Assembly (NCBI GenBank): GCA_963422205.2 | Contig: CAXMWX010000003.1 | Coordinates: 1 to 64,000, forward strand | Reading direction: 5' to 3' | DNA from: Gammaproteobacteria bacterium | Lineage (GTDB): Bacteria > Pseudomonadota > Gammaproteobacteria > Eutrophobiales > Eutrophobiaceae | DNA: 64,000 bases | Shown here: piece by piece, positions 28,850-39,352 of the stretch | How the letters are laid out: each line of letters starts with the position of its first letter | How positions within the stretch are numbered: the stretch's first letter is position 1 | Position numbers and translations under genes: made by a program | The notes under the pieces: model-generated | Database searches by the model: none | Seen by the model: only the letters and a program-made list of their open reading frames with translations | Told to the model about the DNA's origin: nothing

Positions 28850-29893
28850 ATGACCGGAAAGCTCACCCTGCATCAACTCTCGGTGGTCATAGATGAGCAA
28901 CAGATTGTTGATGCCGTCTCGTTTTCCTTAAAAGAAGGCGATATCGGCTGTCTGCTGGGCGCCAGCGGCTGTGGCAAGACCACCTTGCTGCGTACCATCG
29001 CCGGTTTTGAGAAGCCCGCTAATGGCGAGATTTATATTAACCGGCAACGGGTCAGTGATCGCCAGGCCGTGACGGCGGTGGAGCAACGTCATGTCGGCAT
29101 GGTGTTTCAGGACTATGCCTTGTTTCCTCATTTATCGGTCAGAGATAACATTGCCTTTGGCCTGCATAACCAAACCCGGACAGCAGCAGAGCAACGCATA
29201 GAAGAGCTGGCGCACCTGCTGGAGATCGACCGCCTGCTGGACAGCTACCCGCACCGGCTCTCTGGCGGGCAACAACAGCGGGTTGCCCTCGCCCGTGCCA
29301 TGGCCCCCCGTCCGGAGATTTTACTGCTGGATGAACCATTCTCCAGCATGGACATTGAACTGCGCGAGCAGATCGCAAAACAGATGCGCCGGGCATTAAA
29401 ACAAGACGGGGTGACTGCCGTGCTGGTGACCCACAACCAACTGGAGGCATTTGCCATGGCCGATCAGATTGGCGTCATGAAAGACGGCGCCCTGCTCCAG
29501 TGGGATCATGCCTTTACGCTTTATCATAAACCAGCCACGGTGTATGTGGCGGACTTTATCGGCGAAGGGGTGTTTATCACGGCTAACGTGATCAGCGAAT
29601 ATGAAGTCGATACCTGTCTGGGGAAGATCACCGCACCGGAAAAACTGATGCTGGCAGCAGGTGAGCAGGTCAGGCTGCTGATCCGCCCGGATGATATTTT
29701 ACACGATGATGCCAGTGACATGCTGGCACGGGTGGTGGATAAAAATTTTCGCGGGGCTGAATTTTTATACACCCTGCAGATGCCAGACAGCGGCGAGACA
29801 TTATTAAGCCTGGTACCCAGCCATCACGATCATGCAATCAACGAGGAGATTGGCATCCGGCTTGACATCGATCACTTTGTCACCTTTCGCTAG
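28850..29893 (+). CDS. fbpC: Fe(III) ABC transporter ATP-binding protein
   Basis: 'GASGCGKT', 'LSGGQQQR', 'LLLDEP'. Confidence 0.92.
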   Translation: MTGKLTLHQLSVVIDEQQIVDAVSFSLKEGDIGCLLGASGCGKTTLLRTIAGFEKPANGEIYINRQRVSDRQAVTAVEQRHVGMVFQDYALFPHLSVRDNIAFGLHNQTRTAAEQRIEELAHLLEIDRLLDSYPHRLSGGQQQRVALARAMAPRPEILLLDEPFSSMDIELREQIAKQMRRALKQDGVTAVLVTHNQLEAFAMADQIGVMKDGALLQWDHAFTLYHKPATVYVADFIGEGVFITANVISEYEVDTCLGKITAPEKLMLAAGEQVRLLIRPDDILHDDASDMLARVVDKNFRGAEFLYTLQMPDSGETLLSLVPSHHDHAINEEIGIRLDIDHFVTFR

Positions 29894-29964
29894 TATTTGA
29901 CTATGACAATCCTTGAGTCTGATGGCCATCAGCGGGACGATCAGCGGCTTGACAAGGCCGGATA

Positions 29965-30005
29965 ATCATTGAATATTTAAAATTATAATTTAAATATTCA
30001 ATGAT
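29965..30005. promoter_or_regulatory. 17-bp perfect inverted repeat (candidate operator)
   Basis: ATCATTGAATATTTAAA-7 nt-TTTAAATATTCAATGAT just before ATG 30012. Confidence 0.55.
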
Positions 30006-30011
30006 AAATAA

Positions 30012-31079
30012 ATGCGGCGAACGGCTTTTTAGAGCAAATTGAGGTTTTTTTTTCAGAGTCATCCCATGGTCGGGATCCTGGGGTCGCATCAGTGTGGCAA
30101 GACGACCCTGGCACGGCATTACATTGCAACCCTGACGGGCGAGCCGGTGCACTACTTTGATCTGGAAGACCCGGAACATCTGAATCGCCTGTCAGATCCG
30201 GGCCTCGCCCTGGGTTCGCTGGAGGGGTTGATTGTTATTGACGAAGTCCAGCGCCTGCCGGAATTGTTCCCCCTGTTGCGGGTATTGATCGATCGGCGAC
30301 CGAGCAAACAACACTACCTGATTCTGGGCAGTGCTTCCCGCGATTTGTTAAGGCAAACTTCCGAATCACTGGCTGGCCGCATCATCTATCTTGAGTTACC
30401 CCCGTTTACTCTGTTCGAAGCAGATAATCTGCAACGGCTGTGGCTGCGTGGTGGTTTCCCGCCCTCGTATCTGGCCAAAACCCATGCCAACAGCCTGGCC
30501 TGGCGCAAAGCCTACCTGACGACTTTCCTGGAGCGGGAGCTGCCGGCCCTGGGAGTCGATTTTGCCGCGGCGATCATGCGACGCTTCTGGATGATGCTGG
30601 CCCACTGGCACGGCAACTTATTCAATGCTTCCGAGCTTGCCCGCTCACTGGATGCCAGTTCGCCGACAATCAAACGCTACCTGGATATTCTTTCAGGCAG
30701 CTTCATGATTCGAACATTACAGCCCTGGTACGCCAATATCCACAAACGGCAGATAAAATCTCCCAAGCTCGGCGCATCATGGGAGGGCTTTGCCCTGGAG
30801 CAAGTGATACATCTCTACCGGGCGGCGGCGGAATGTTTCTTCTGGGGTACTTACACCAATGCAGAGTTGGATTTATTATTGGTTCAGGGCGATAAAAAAA
30901 CGGCGTTTGAATTCAAGTATACATCAACGCCCAAAGTCACCCGCTCCATGCACTCGGCCATTGATGATCTGGAGTTGGATGAAATCACCCTGGTTTATCC
31001 GGGCAGGGATACGTATAAACTCTCTGACACTGTCCGTGTAGCACATCTTCAGTATTTGACAGTAGAAAGATTTGGCTAA
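30012..31079 (+). pseudogene. AAA_14/DUF4143 ATPase, degraded
   Basis: 'GSHQCGKTT', 'IDEVQR', 'GGFP'; early TAG between two T-runs; apparent in-frame deletion at 'KSPK|LGASWEGF'. Confidence 0.75.
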
Positions 31080-31135
31080 TGTGGCCCGGGTGAGCGCATC
31101 TCATTATGGCACGCTGGTCTCGCCGTTGGTTTATA

Positions 31136-31879
31136 TCAGCTTGCACAGACCGGGCAATGCCTGTCACGCGGCAGGCGGGCTGTTTGCCATTCCATCGCCA
31201 GGGCGTCAAACAACAGCAGCCGGCCTTCCAGCGGCTGACCAATCCCCATGATGACCTTCATGGCCTCCAGTGCCTGCATGCTGCCAACAATACCCAGCAA
31301 AGGGGCGATTACGCCATTAGCCGTGCAGGTCTCTTCAACGGCTGAGGCGTTCGTATACAAACAGCGATAGCAGGGCGATAGATCATTGTTCGGGTTAAAG
31401 ACGCTGATCTGTGCTTCAAAGCGAATCGCCGCCGCGGTGATGAGCGGGGTTTTATGGGTGACACACGCACGGTTGATGGCAAAGCGGGTCGCAAAGTTAT
31501 CGCTGGCATCCACCACCACCGAGGCTGTGGCGACCTGGTGAGCTAGTGCCTCATCGCCTAATGCCTGACCGATGGTGGTCAGTTGCAAATCAGAATTTAA
31601 GGCGTGCAGATGCTCCCGTGCCGAGTCCACCTTCAGCCGCCCTATGTCTTTTTCCTGATGCAGGATCTGGCGTTGCAGATTGGACAGATCGACTGTATCA
31701 AAATCGACCAGAATCATGCGCCCAATCCCGGCGGCGGCCAGATAGATAGCGGCCGCTGAGCCAAGCCCGCCCGCCCCGATCACCAGCACAGTTGCCTCGG
31801 CCAGCTTCAGTTGCCCGGCCGCATCGATCTGCGGCAGCATCATCTGTCGGCTGTATCTGAGTAGTTGCTCATCGTGCAT
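31136..31879 (-). CDS. moeB: Molybdopterin-synthase adenylyltransferase (MoeB/ThiF)
   Basis: 'RYSRQ', 'GAGGLGS', 'SNLQRQ', CYRC/CPVC; position after prmC. Confidence 0.9.
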   Translation of the reverse strand: MHDEQLLRYSRQMMLPQIDAAGQLKLAEATVLVIGAGGLGSAAAIYLAAAGIGRMILVDFDTVDLSNLQRQILHQEKDIGRLKVDSAREHLHALNSDLQLTTIGQALGDEALAHQVATASVVVDASDNFATRFAINRACVTHKTPLITAAAIRFEAQISVFNPNNDLSPCYRCLYTNASAVEETCTANGVIAPLLGIVGSMQALEAMKVIMGIGQPLEGRLLLFDALAMEWQTARLPRDRHCPVCAS

Positions 31880-31921
31880 GGTGGGTATGGAAGCGGGGCG
31901 GTAATGGGCGGCTGGCTGTCT

Positions 31922-32098
31922 TTATGTGCGCTTATCTTCGCCGGACTTGCCTTCGCAGTTCCGCCAGCGCCGTTTGTCCTCCGGCACGGCGATATCATCC
32001 TGCTGATAACAGGCATACAAGTGCTGCAACATGGTGTGCCAGGTATAGATAGCTGGCCTCTCATGCCCTGCTGCTGGTGCGTTTTTTTGCTCGGTCAT
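31922..32098 (-). CDS. Hypothetical 58-aa protein between prmC and moeB
   Basis: ATG overlaps the prmC TGA; fills the gap; below the ORF-track length cutoff. Confidence 0.4.
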   Translation of the reverse strand: MTEQKNAPAAGHERPAIYTWHTMLQHLYACYQQDDIAVPEDKRRWRNCEGKSGEDKRT

Positions 32099-32928
32099 TG
32101 CTTACCCGTGGTCACTCGCTCATGGCCTGCATAGTCATCTATCGTCTGGATATGGGTATACTGATACCGCCGCATACACGCCCTCACGCTGCCCGCCTGT
32201 GTACTGCCATGTTCAAGCAGCAACACGCCACCTGTATGCAGATGCTGCCGTGCCTGTTTGATGATCGCAAACAGACAATCCAGGCCATGGTGTCCGCCGT
32301 CCAGGGCTAATCTCGGCTCATGACATAGTTCAGCGGTCGCCAGGCACGGATCATCCGAGCGGATATAAGGCGGATTAGCGGTGATGTAATGAAATTCTCT
32401 CCCGGCCAGTCCGGCAAATAAATCCGACTGTACCATGCTGACATTATGCACGGCCAGATGGTGGCGATTCTGCGCTGCCATGACCAGGGCCGCCGTACTG
32501 ATATCGCTGGCGATGACGTCAAGCCCGGGCCTGGATTGGCCTATGGATATGGCAATAATGCCGCTGCCTGTGCAGAGATCCAGCAGATTGCCATTGCTGG
32601 CTGTCGGGATGATCGCCAGTGCGGTTTCAACCAACACCTCGGTCTCCGGTCGGGGTATCAGGGTGGCCCGGTTGACCTTGAACGGCAGTGATAAAAATTC
32701 CTTTTTGCCGGTAAGGTAGGCGATGGGCAGGCCCCGTTGCCGGGCGGCAATCATGCGCTGATAGTCGGCGATAATTTTTCCGGTCGGCTGAAACTCAGGA
32801 TGGGCATAAATAAAGCAGCGATCCTGTTGCAATAATTCAGCCAGTAACACCTCACAGTCAAGCCGTGCGCTGGCGATATTCACCAGCTGCTGGCTGGCCT
32901 TGTAAATCAGATCGGCGATCGTCTCCAT
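32095..32928 (-). CDS. prmC: Release factor glutamine methyltransferase
   Basis: 'LIPRPETE', 'LDLCTGSG', 'NPPY'. Confidence 0.95.
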   Translation of the reverse strand: METIADLIYKASQQLVNIASARLDCEVLLAELLQQDRCFIYAHPEFQPTGKIIADYQRMIAARQRGLPIAYLTGKKEFLSLPFKVNRATLIPRPETEVLVETALAIIPTASNGNLLDLCTGSGIIAISIGQSRPGLDVIASDISTAALVMAAQNRHHLAVHNVSMVQSDLFAGLAGREFHYITANPPYIRSDDPCLATAELCHEPRLALDGGHHGLDCLFAIIKQARQHLHTGGVLLLEHGSTQAGSVRACMRRYQYTHIQTIDDYAGHERVTTGKQ

Positions 32929-32949
32929 CAGCTTGCCAGTGCGTGTTTG

Positions 32950-34032
32950 TCAATCGGCCAGGGCAGCCAGCTGATCTGCCTGATACTCATTATTCAACGG
33001 CTCTATCACCATGCTCAAGTCACCCCGCAGAAAGTCTTCCAGTTTATACAAGGTCAGGTTAATCCGGTGATCAGTTACCCGCCCCTGGGGAAAGTTATAG
33101 GTGCGAATGCGCTCAGAGCGATCGCCAGAGCCCACCAGATTGCGGCGATTCTGCGCCATCTCGCTGGTTTGTTTTTGCTGTTCGGCGGCCAGCAGCTTGG
33201 CCTGCAATAACGACCTGGCACGAGCACGGTTTTTATGTTGCGAGCGCTCATCCTGACATTCCACCACGATGCCGCTGGGCAGGTGCGTAAGGCGCACGGC
33301 AGAGTCGGTCTTGTTGACATGCTGCCCGCCCGCACCGGAGGCGCGGTAGGTATCGACTCTGACATCTGCCGGATTGATCTTGACCTCATTGATCGCATCT
33401 GCTTCCGGCAGCACGGCCACGGTGCAGGCGGAGGTGTGGATTCGTCCCTGCGATTCAGTCTCTGGCACACGCTGTACCCGGTGAGCGCCCGATTCAAACT
33501 TCAGCTTTGAATACGCCCCCTCGCCGATAATGCGTAAAATAATCTCTTTGAACCCTTCCAGATCACTTTCGGCCCGGCTGATGATCTCAACCTGCCAGCC
33601 CAGGGTCTCGGCATAACGACTGTACATACGCATCAGATCAGCAGCAAACAAGGCGGCCTCCTCGCCACCCGTACCGGCCCTGATCTCCAGAAAAATATTG
33701 CTGTTATCTGCCGGGTCCGCAGGCAGAAGCAAGCCTTGCAGCTTGTTCTGAAGATGTGTGTTTTCCGCCTCTGCCGCCGTTAATTCTTCCTGTGCTAATT
33801 GTTGTATGTCCTCATCATCATCCGCCAGCATCTGTTTTATGTTTTGTATGGATTCAAGGCTCGCCTGGCAGCGATAAAAGCAATCCACCACCGGCTTGAT
33901 ATCGGCCAGCTCTTTGCTGAGCGCACGAAAGCGATTTTGATCGTTAATCACCTCGGTGCTGGCTAACAAGGCATGCAATTCGTCCTGCCGCTGTGTCAGT
34001 TTTTCCAGTTTATCCAGCAGGCGTTGTTGCAT
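32950..34032 (-). CDS. prfA: Peptide chain release factor 1
   Basis: 'VPET' anticodon loop, 'GAGGQHVN'. Confidence 0.98.
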   Translation of the reverse strand: MQQRLLDKLEKLTQRQDELHALLASTEVINDQNRFRALSKELADIKPVVDCFYRCQASLESIQNIKQMLADDDEDIQQLAQEELTAAEAENTHLQNKLQGLLLPADPADNSNIFLEIRAGTGGEEAALFAADLMRMYSRYAETLGWQVEIISRAESDLEGFKEIILRIIGEGAYSKLKFESGAHRVQRVPETESQGRIHTSACTVAVLPEADAINEVKINPADVRVDTYRASGAGGQHVNKTDSAVRLTHLPSGIVVECQDERSQHKNRARARSLLQAKLLAAEQQKQTSEMAQNRRNLVGSGDRSERIRTYNFPQGRVTDHRINLTLYKLEDFLRGDLSMVIEPLNNEYQADQLAALAD

Positions 34033-34093
34033 TTAACAGGGAGTCGGTTATGCAAATGGACAAGGTATCAGTCGATAGCCGCAGCCAGAAAGG

Positions 34094-35374
34094 CTAGTGC
34101 TGATCTTTAGCAGGCGTATCGGCGGCCGACAGGTCAAATAGCTCTCGTGCTGCCTGTAACAGGGCCTCATCGCCGGCTGCACCGAACTCGTTCAGTTTGG
34201 TGCTGGGTCTGTGCAGCAGCTTGTTGGTGAGCGAACGGGTAACTTCCCGCAGCAACCTTTCCGGGTCTTGCCCCTGCTGCAATTTTTTCAAGGCAAGCTG
34301 TAACACCTGTTGTTGAATCTCGGTGGCCTGATCACGAACAGCGCGGATGGTCGCCACCGCTTGCAGGGAGTTTATCCAGTGCATAAACTCATCTGCCTGC
34401 CGAACAATGATCTGCTCCGCCTCCAGGGCAGCTTTCTTACGCAAGTGCAGATTCTCATCGACGAGGGTCTTCAGATCATCCACCGTATACAGATAAGCAT
34501 CTTCAAGCTCCTCTACCTCGGGTTCAATATCGCGCGGCACTGCTATATCGACGATAAACATGGGGCAATGTTTACGTCTCTTCAGTGCCGTCTCAATCGC
34601 ACCTTTACCCAGGACGGGCAGCGGGCTGGCGGTACCGCTGATAATCACGTCAACCTCATCCAAGTATCTGGGGATATCGTGCAGCGTGATGGCAACAGCC
34701 CCGTACTGTGCTGCCAGCACCTGCGAGCGTTCCAGCGTGCGGTTGGCAATGATCATTTTTCTTAAACCGCTGTTGTGCAGATGTTTGATGGTCAACTCGA
34801 TCATCTCACCTGCACCTATAAGCAGTGCACGAGAGGCCGATAAATCACCAAAGATCTGTTGTGCCAGCCGCACGGCCGCATAGGCGACCGAGACCGGATG
34901 CTCACTGATGCTGGTATGGCTGCGAATCTGCTTGGCGACTTTGAATGAATATTGAAACAGCCGGCCCAGCAGCTTGCCGATGCTGCCGGTCTGCATGGCA
35001 ACTTCATAAGCCTGCTTTAACTGCCCTAAGACCTGTGGCTCCCCCACCACCAGCGAATCCAGGCCGCTGGCCACCCGTAATATATGTTTGACCGCATGAT
35101 CGTCCGGGTGCTGGTAGATAAATTGCGCCAGTTCCTCTGGCTGATAGCCATGAAAATCCGAGAACCAGTGCAGCGGCCAATCGCTGTGATTAGCCGCCAC
35201 ATCACAATAGATTTCGGTACGGTTGCAGGTGGATAAAATAGCGGCCTCTTGTACAATGTTATCCTGCGTTAGCTCGCCCAATGCCGCTGGCAGCACCTGA
35301 CTGGGAAACGTGACCTTTTCACGGATCTCAAGCGGTGCCGTGTTATGGTTTAACCCTAAAGCTAATAAAGTCAT
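34094..35374 (-). CDS. hemA: Glutamyl-tRNA reductase
   Basis: 'LSTCNRTE', 'GEPQVLGQ', 'DIAVPRD'. Confidence 0.97.
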   Translation of the reverse strand: MTLLALGLNHNTAPLEIREKVTFPSQVLPAALGELTQDNIVQEAAILSTCNRTEIYCDVAANHSDWPLHWFSDFHGYQPEELAQFIYQHPDDHAVKHILRVASGLDSLVVGEPQVLGQLKQAYEVAMQTGSIGKLLGRLFQYSFKVAKQIRSHTSISEHPVSVAYAAVRLAQQIFGDLSASRALLIGAGEMIELTIKHLHNSGLRKMIIANRTLERSQVLAAQYGAVAITLHDIPRYLDEVDVIISGTASPLPVLGKGAIETALKRRKHCPMFIVDIAVPRDIEPEVEELEDAYLYTVDDLKTLVDENLHLRKKAALEAEQIIVRQADEFMHWINSLQAVATIRAVRDQATEIQQQVLQLALKKLQQGQDPERLLREVTRSLTNKLLHRPSTKLNEFGAAGDEALLQAARELFDLSAADTPAKDQH

Positions 35375-35628
35375 TGTACTTGGGCTGCCAGGGACAGCGT
35401 ATCGGCAATAGCGGTATTTGCATGTGCTATTTTAGCAGCTGATTGTCGGTGAATCTGCATAATGAAACAAGCCGTTTTAGCGGGTATAATACAGACTACT
35501 ATGCCGATAAATAAAACGAAATTCCGTCTCTTTCACATAAAGCCGGCGTTGACCTGGCTGGCCGGTGTGCTTGCCGTTTGCATCAAAAGGCCATGCGTTG
35601 ACCGCATCTGGTCTCCCATGCTGCATGT

Positions 35629-35644
35629 CCCCCCCCCCCCCCCC
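35629..35644. repeat. Poly-C tract (16 nt)
   Basis: Seen directly, about 40 nt upstream of the GT25 start. Confidence 0.9.
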
Positions 35645-35683
35645 GAAAATCGGTGATAGCGGCGATAAATCACAACAGCAAAG

Positions 35684-36532
35684 ATGCCGCAAATCGCGCT
35701 ATTCGTTATTAACCTAAAGAGATGCGCCGAGCGCCGGGCCCACATGGAAGACCTGCTTGGCCGAATGGGCCTGCACTATGAGTTTATCGAGGCGGTCGAT
35801 GGCAATACGGTAAGCGAGAGTGCATACCTTGAAATGCGGCAGAGCAGCATCGACTGGGCAAGAAAATACTCTCGCAAGCCGCTCAGCAGGGGCGAGGTTG
35901 GCTGTCTGCTCAGTCATTTGCAAGCCTATGAAAAAATCCTGGCAGATAACATCGATTACGCCTGCATCATGGAAGATGATGTGGTGATCCATCACCCGGA
36001 CAACCTGCGCTGGGTCTTGCAAGCAGAGCACCTGTCGGCCTTGAATGAGCGCACGCCTTTTGATCTTATTTATCTGTATCTGGGTTTTCAACGTTTCAAG
36101 CGCTTCAATCGTTGGCGCCAGGCACTGTTCCCCCATGTGACCGATGCCGATTTGTTTTCCAGATGGCCGAAGATAAAAGCCAAACCCGGGCTGTATTTGA
36201 GCAAACCCTGCCATAATTTCTGGGGGGCGGTTGCTTATCTGGTCAATCGAGATGCCTGTAGTGCGCTGTTGCAGCAAGGGCGGGCTGTACACCGGCCAGT
36301 CGATGTGCTGACAGCTTGCGCTACATTACTTGGCCTACGGCAATACTACCTCAATCCGCTGCCGGTCGGCGTGCTGAATACCATGCCAAGCACCATTATC
36401 GATGAGGGCCGATTTTTCGAGCACGTGAAATTTGATACATCATACTGGCGCACTGCGATTGCATTTGCATGCCAGAAGGCTGGGATCATCAGCCTGCACC
36501 ACATGCTGAAAAAGCTGACACATTACGATTAG
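35684..36532 (+). CDS. Glycosyltransferase family 25 (LPS/LOS biosynthesis)
   Basis: 'FVINL...ERR', 'EAVDG', 'GEVGCLLSH', 'IMEDD'. Confidence 0.92.
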   Translation: MPQIALFVINLKRCAERRAHMEDLLGRMGLHYEFIEAVDGNTVSESAYLEMRQSSIDWARKYSRKPLSRGEVGCLLSHLQAYEKILADNIDYACIMEDDVVIHHPDNLRWVLQAEHLSALNERTPFDLIYLYLGFQRFKRFNRWRQALFPHVTDADLFSRWPKIKAKPGLYLSKPCHNFWGAVAYLVNRDACSALLQQGRAVHRPVDVLTACATLLGLRQYYLNPLPVGVLNTMPSTIIDEGRFFEHVKFDTSYWRTAIAFACQKAGIISLHHMLKKLTHYD

Positions 36533-36847
36533 CGGCCAGGTTGACCAGATGCAGGCATAACCGCCCTGTTCGGCCCTTGGCAGCCGTCTTGCCGAGGATG
36601 ATGATTTGCCAGGCCGGTTGTCTTAAAAACATGACATCAACTGCCCCGCACCATTTAACAGGCGTGCCATTGATCTGCTTTTAAGCTACTGATATTTATA
36701 TAAAAATTTATCTTATCGCCAGGCAATGACAGCGGGCGTATATCCGAGGTGCAGTTATTGAATGCGAAATTCTCTCGCAAAAACGCTACTATGCGGCATA
36801 TCGTTGATATTGCCCTGCTGGTGCAGGCGGTTAAAATACTTAACAAG

Positions 36848-38653
36848 ATGATGAGAAAATCAGCCCCCATATACCGTGCTCTGCCGGTGCTCGCCCCGGT
36901 TCTTGCCTTGACCTTGGGCTTGACTGCCTGTACCACCTTGCCCCCCGTTGATAAGCAGGCCGAGCCAGCCGCTGCCCCCGCCATGCCTGAACAGACAGCC
37001 GCCCCACAGGAAGCGAGAGAAATTGAAGCGGCAAAAGCTGTCCAGATTGCCCCCGTCAGACCGAAGATAGAACTCAGCGAGGCACTGCTGTATGAATTGC
37101 TATTAGCTGAATTTGCCGGCCATAACGGTGAGCTGGCTACGGCGGCTGAAACGTACCTGTCGCTGGCACAAAGTATCCAGGACCACAAGCTGGCCGAGCG
37201 CGCCACCCGCATTGCGGTCTATGCCAGAGAAGATCAGGCGGCGGCAGAGGCCGCAACGCTATGGGCTGATCTTGACCCGCTCAACCCGGATCCTCATCAG
37301 GTGCTGGCGGTGATGGAACTGCGCCAGGGCAATATGGAAAAAACAGTCATGCACTTGCAGAGCATACTGGATTACTCGCATGGTGAGTTGGATCAGAAAT
37401 TATGGATGATCGCCAACATGCTTGGCCGAGAGCGGGATGCAGAGCTGGTGCTGGATGTCATGGAAGAGTTGGTCGCCACGCATCACAGCTCAGCAGATGC
37501 CTTGTATGCTTTTGCCCATGTTGCTGCCCGTCTGGGCGATCTTGAAAGGTCAAGGCAGCTGTTCGCTGAAACGCTGGTGCTGGCTCCGGGGAACGATAAT
37601 GCGGCCTTGAGCTATATCTCCGTGCTGCAAAAACTGGGCGAGGTGCAACCGGCATTGCAATGGCTTGAGCAAAGACTGGCAAACGAAGCGAGGGATAATT
37701 TCAATCTGCGTATGGCTTATGCCAGGCTGCTTGCCGAGACCAGACGCTATGATGATGCCCGCCAGCAATTTGAGTTGTTAGCCGTGCAATCGCCGGCCAA
37801 TAATGAAGTGCTGTATGCCCTGGGCCTGCTGTATTTGCAATCCAACCGGCTGGATGATGCCCGGGTTTATTTTGAGCGGCTGACTGAAAAGAGCGCACAA
37901 ACTGACAATGCTAACTATTATCTGGGGCGCATCAGCGAGGAGGAAAAAAATTATCCGGCGGCAAGTGGCTGGTATGAAGGCGTGCATAAAGGTGAAAACT
38001 ATTTTGATGCACGAATCAGGCTGGCCTTGTTGCAGGCAAAGCTGGGCGATGTTGAAAAAGCCCGACAGGCGTTGCGTTTGATAACGACCGCCAATGAGCA
38101 GCAGATGGTTATCTTGGTGCAGGCTGAGGCTGAATTGCTGCTTGAGGAGAAGCGTTATCATGAGGCGCTGGAGGTGTATAACCGGGCCTTAACCGATAAC
38201 GACAATACGGATCTGCTGTATGCCCGGGCGATGGTCGCTGAGAAGCTGGACCGGCTGGATATCGTTGAGGCCGATTTACGCCGAATCTTGGCACAGGAGC
38301 CGGATCATGCCAGTGCCTTGAATGCGCTGGGCTATACGCTGGCAGACAGAACGGCACGCTATGACGAAGCCTATGGCCTGATCAAGCAGGCGCTGGCGCT
38401 TAATCCGGCTGATTTTTATATCCTCGACAGCATGGGCTGGGTGCTGTATCGGCTGGGCCGACTGGATGAGGCCATCACGTACTTAAAACAGGCGATGGCC
38501 TTGCGCCAAGACCCGGAAATTGCCGCCCACTTGGGCGAGGTGTTGTGGGTTAAAGGCGACAAGGAGGCCGCCCGGGCAGTGTGGGAAAGTGCCTTGAAGC
38601 TGACGCCGGACGATGCTGTGTTGCTGGATGTCATCAAGCGGTTTCAAAATTAA
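36848..38653 (+). CDS. TPR-repeat lipoprotein (conserved gene upstream of lolB)
   Basis: Lipobox LTAC, 'LYELLLAEFA', 'ALNALGYTLAD', 'DSMGW'. Confidence 0.9.
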   Translation: MMRKSAPIYRALPVLAPVLALTLGLTACTTLPPVDKQAEPAAAPAMPEQTAAPQEAREIEAAKAVQIAPVRPKIELSEALLYELLLAEFAGHNGELATAAETYLSLAQSIQDHKLAERATRIAVYAREDQAAAEAATLWADLDPLNPDPHQVLAVMELRQGNMEKTVMHLQSILDYSHGELDQKLWMIANMLGRERDAELVLDVMEELVATHHSSADALYAFAHVAARLGDLERSRQLFAETLVLAPGNDNAALSYISVLQKLGEVQPALQWLEQRLANEARDNFNLRMAYARLLAETRRYDDARQQFELLAVQSPANNEVLYALGLLYLQSNRLDDARVYFERLTEKSAQTDNANYYLGRISEEEKNYPAASGWYEGVHKGENYFDARIRLALLQAKLGDVEKARQALRLITTANEQQMVILVQAEAELLLEEKRYHEALEVYNRALTDNDNTDLLYARAMVAEKLDRLDIVEADLRRILAQEPDHASALNALGYTLADRTARYDEAYGLIKQALALNPADFYILDSMGWVLYRLGRLDEAITYLKQAMALRQDPEIAAHLGEVLWVKGDKEAARAVWESALKLTPDDAVLLDVIKRFQN

Positions 38654-38728
38654 CGCTACCCAGGCCGCCGCCCTGATGCCTTCGCTGGCCGCTGCCAAGC
38701 AGTGAAATAATCTCACCCGCCTCGCCGC

Positions 38729-39352
38729 TTGCATACCGTGCCTGTCTATCTCCTGCTGGTTTTATCAGGCGCTCTGCTGCTGTCTGCCTGTGCCGATTTG
38801 CCCTTGGTGAAACAGCAAGAGACCGCCAGCACGGAGGACTGGCGGGCAAAACAGGTACGCCTGCTGGCATTGCAGGACTGGGACTTGACCGGTCGTATGG
38901 GCTTGAAGCTGGCGGGCATCTATGGGCGGGGCTTCAGCGCCACGTTAAAATGGACGCAGCAGCAGCAGGACTACCGCGTGTTGTTGATAGCCCCCTTCGG
39001 CCGAGGCACAGCCATGCTGTACACCAACGATAACGGCGTGACCCTGCATACCCATGATAATCAACAGCTAAGTGCCGCCTCGCCGGAAGAGTTATTACAA
39101 CACCACTTTGGCTGGACGCTGCCGGTTAAGGGCTTAGCTTACTGGATCAGGGGGATCCCGCAGCCGGGAATCCCGGTGCATGAGTTGCTGCTGGATGGGC
39201 AGCAGCGACTTAAACGCCTGCAACAATCCGGCTGGCAGATCCGCTATGGGCAGTATGGGCAGGCAGGCCAGTATGAATTGCCCACCCGGCTGCACCTTGA
39301 CCATGATGAGATCAGCGTAAGGCTGGCGGTAACACAATGGCTGTTAGAGTAA
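38729..39352 (+). CDS. lolB: Outer-membrane lipoprotein LolB
   Basis: Lipobox LSAC, 'GWTLPV..L.YWIRG'; synteny with ispE. Confidence 0.9.
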   Translation: MHTVPVYLLLVLSGALLLSACADLPLVKQQETASTEDWRAKQVRLLALQDWDLTGRMGLKLAGIYGRGFSATLKWTQQQQDYRVLLIAPFGRGTAMLYTNDNGVTLHTHDNQQLSAASPEELLQHHFGWTLPVKGLAYWIRGIPQPGIPVHELLLDGQQRLKRLQQSGWQIRYGQYGQAGQYELPTRLHLDHDEISVRLAVTQWLLE

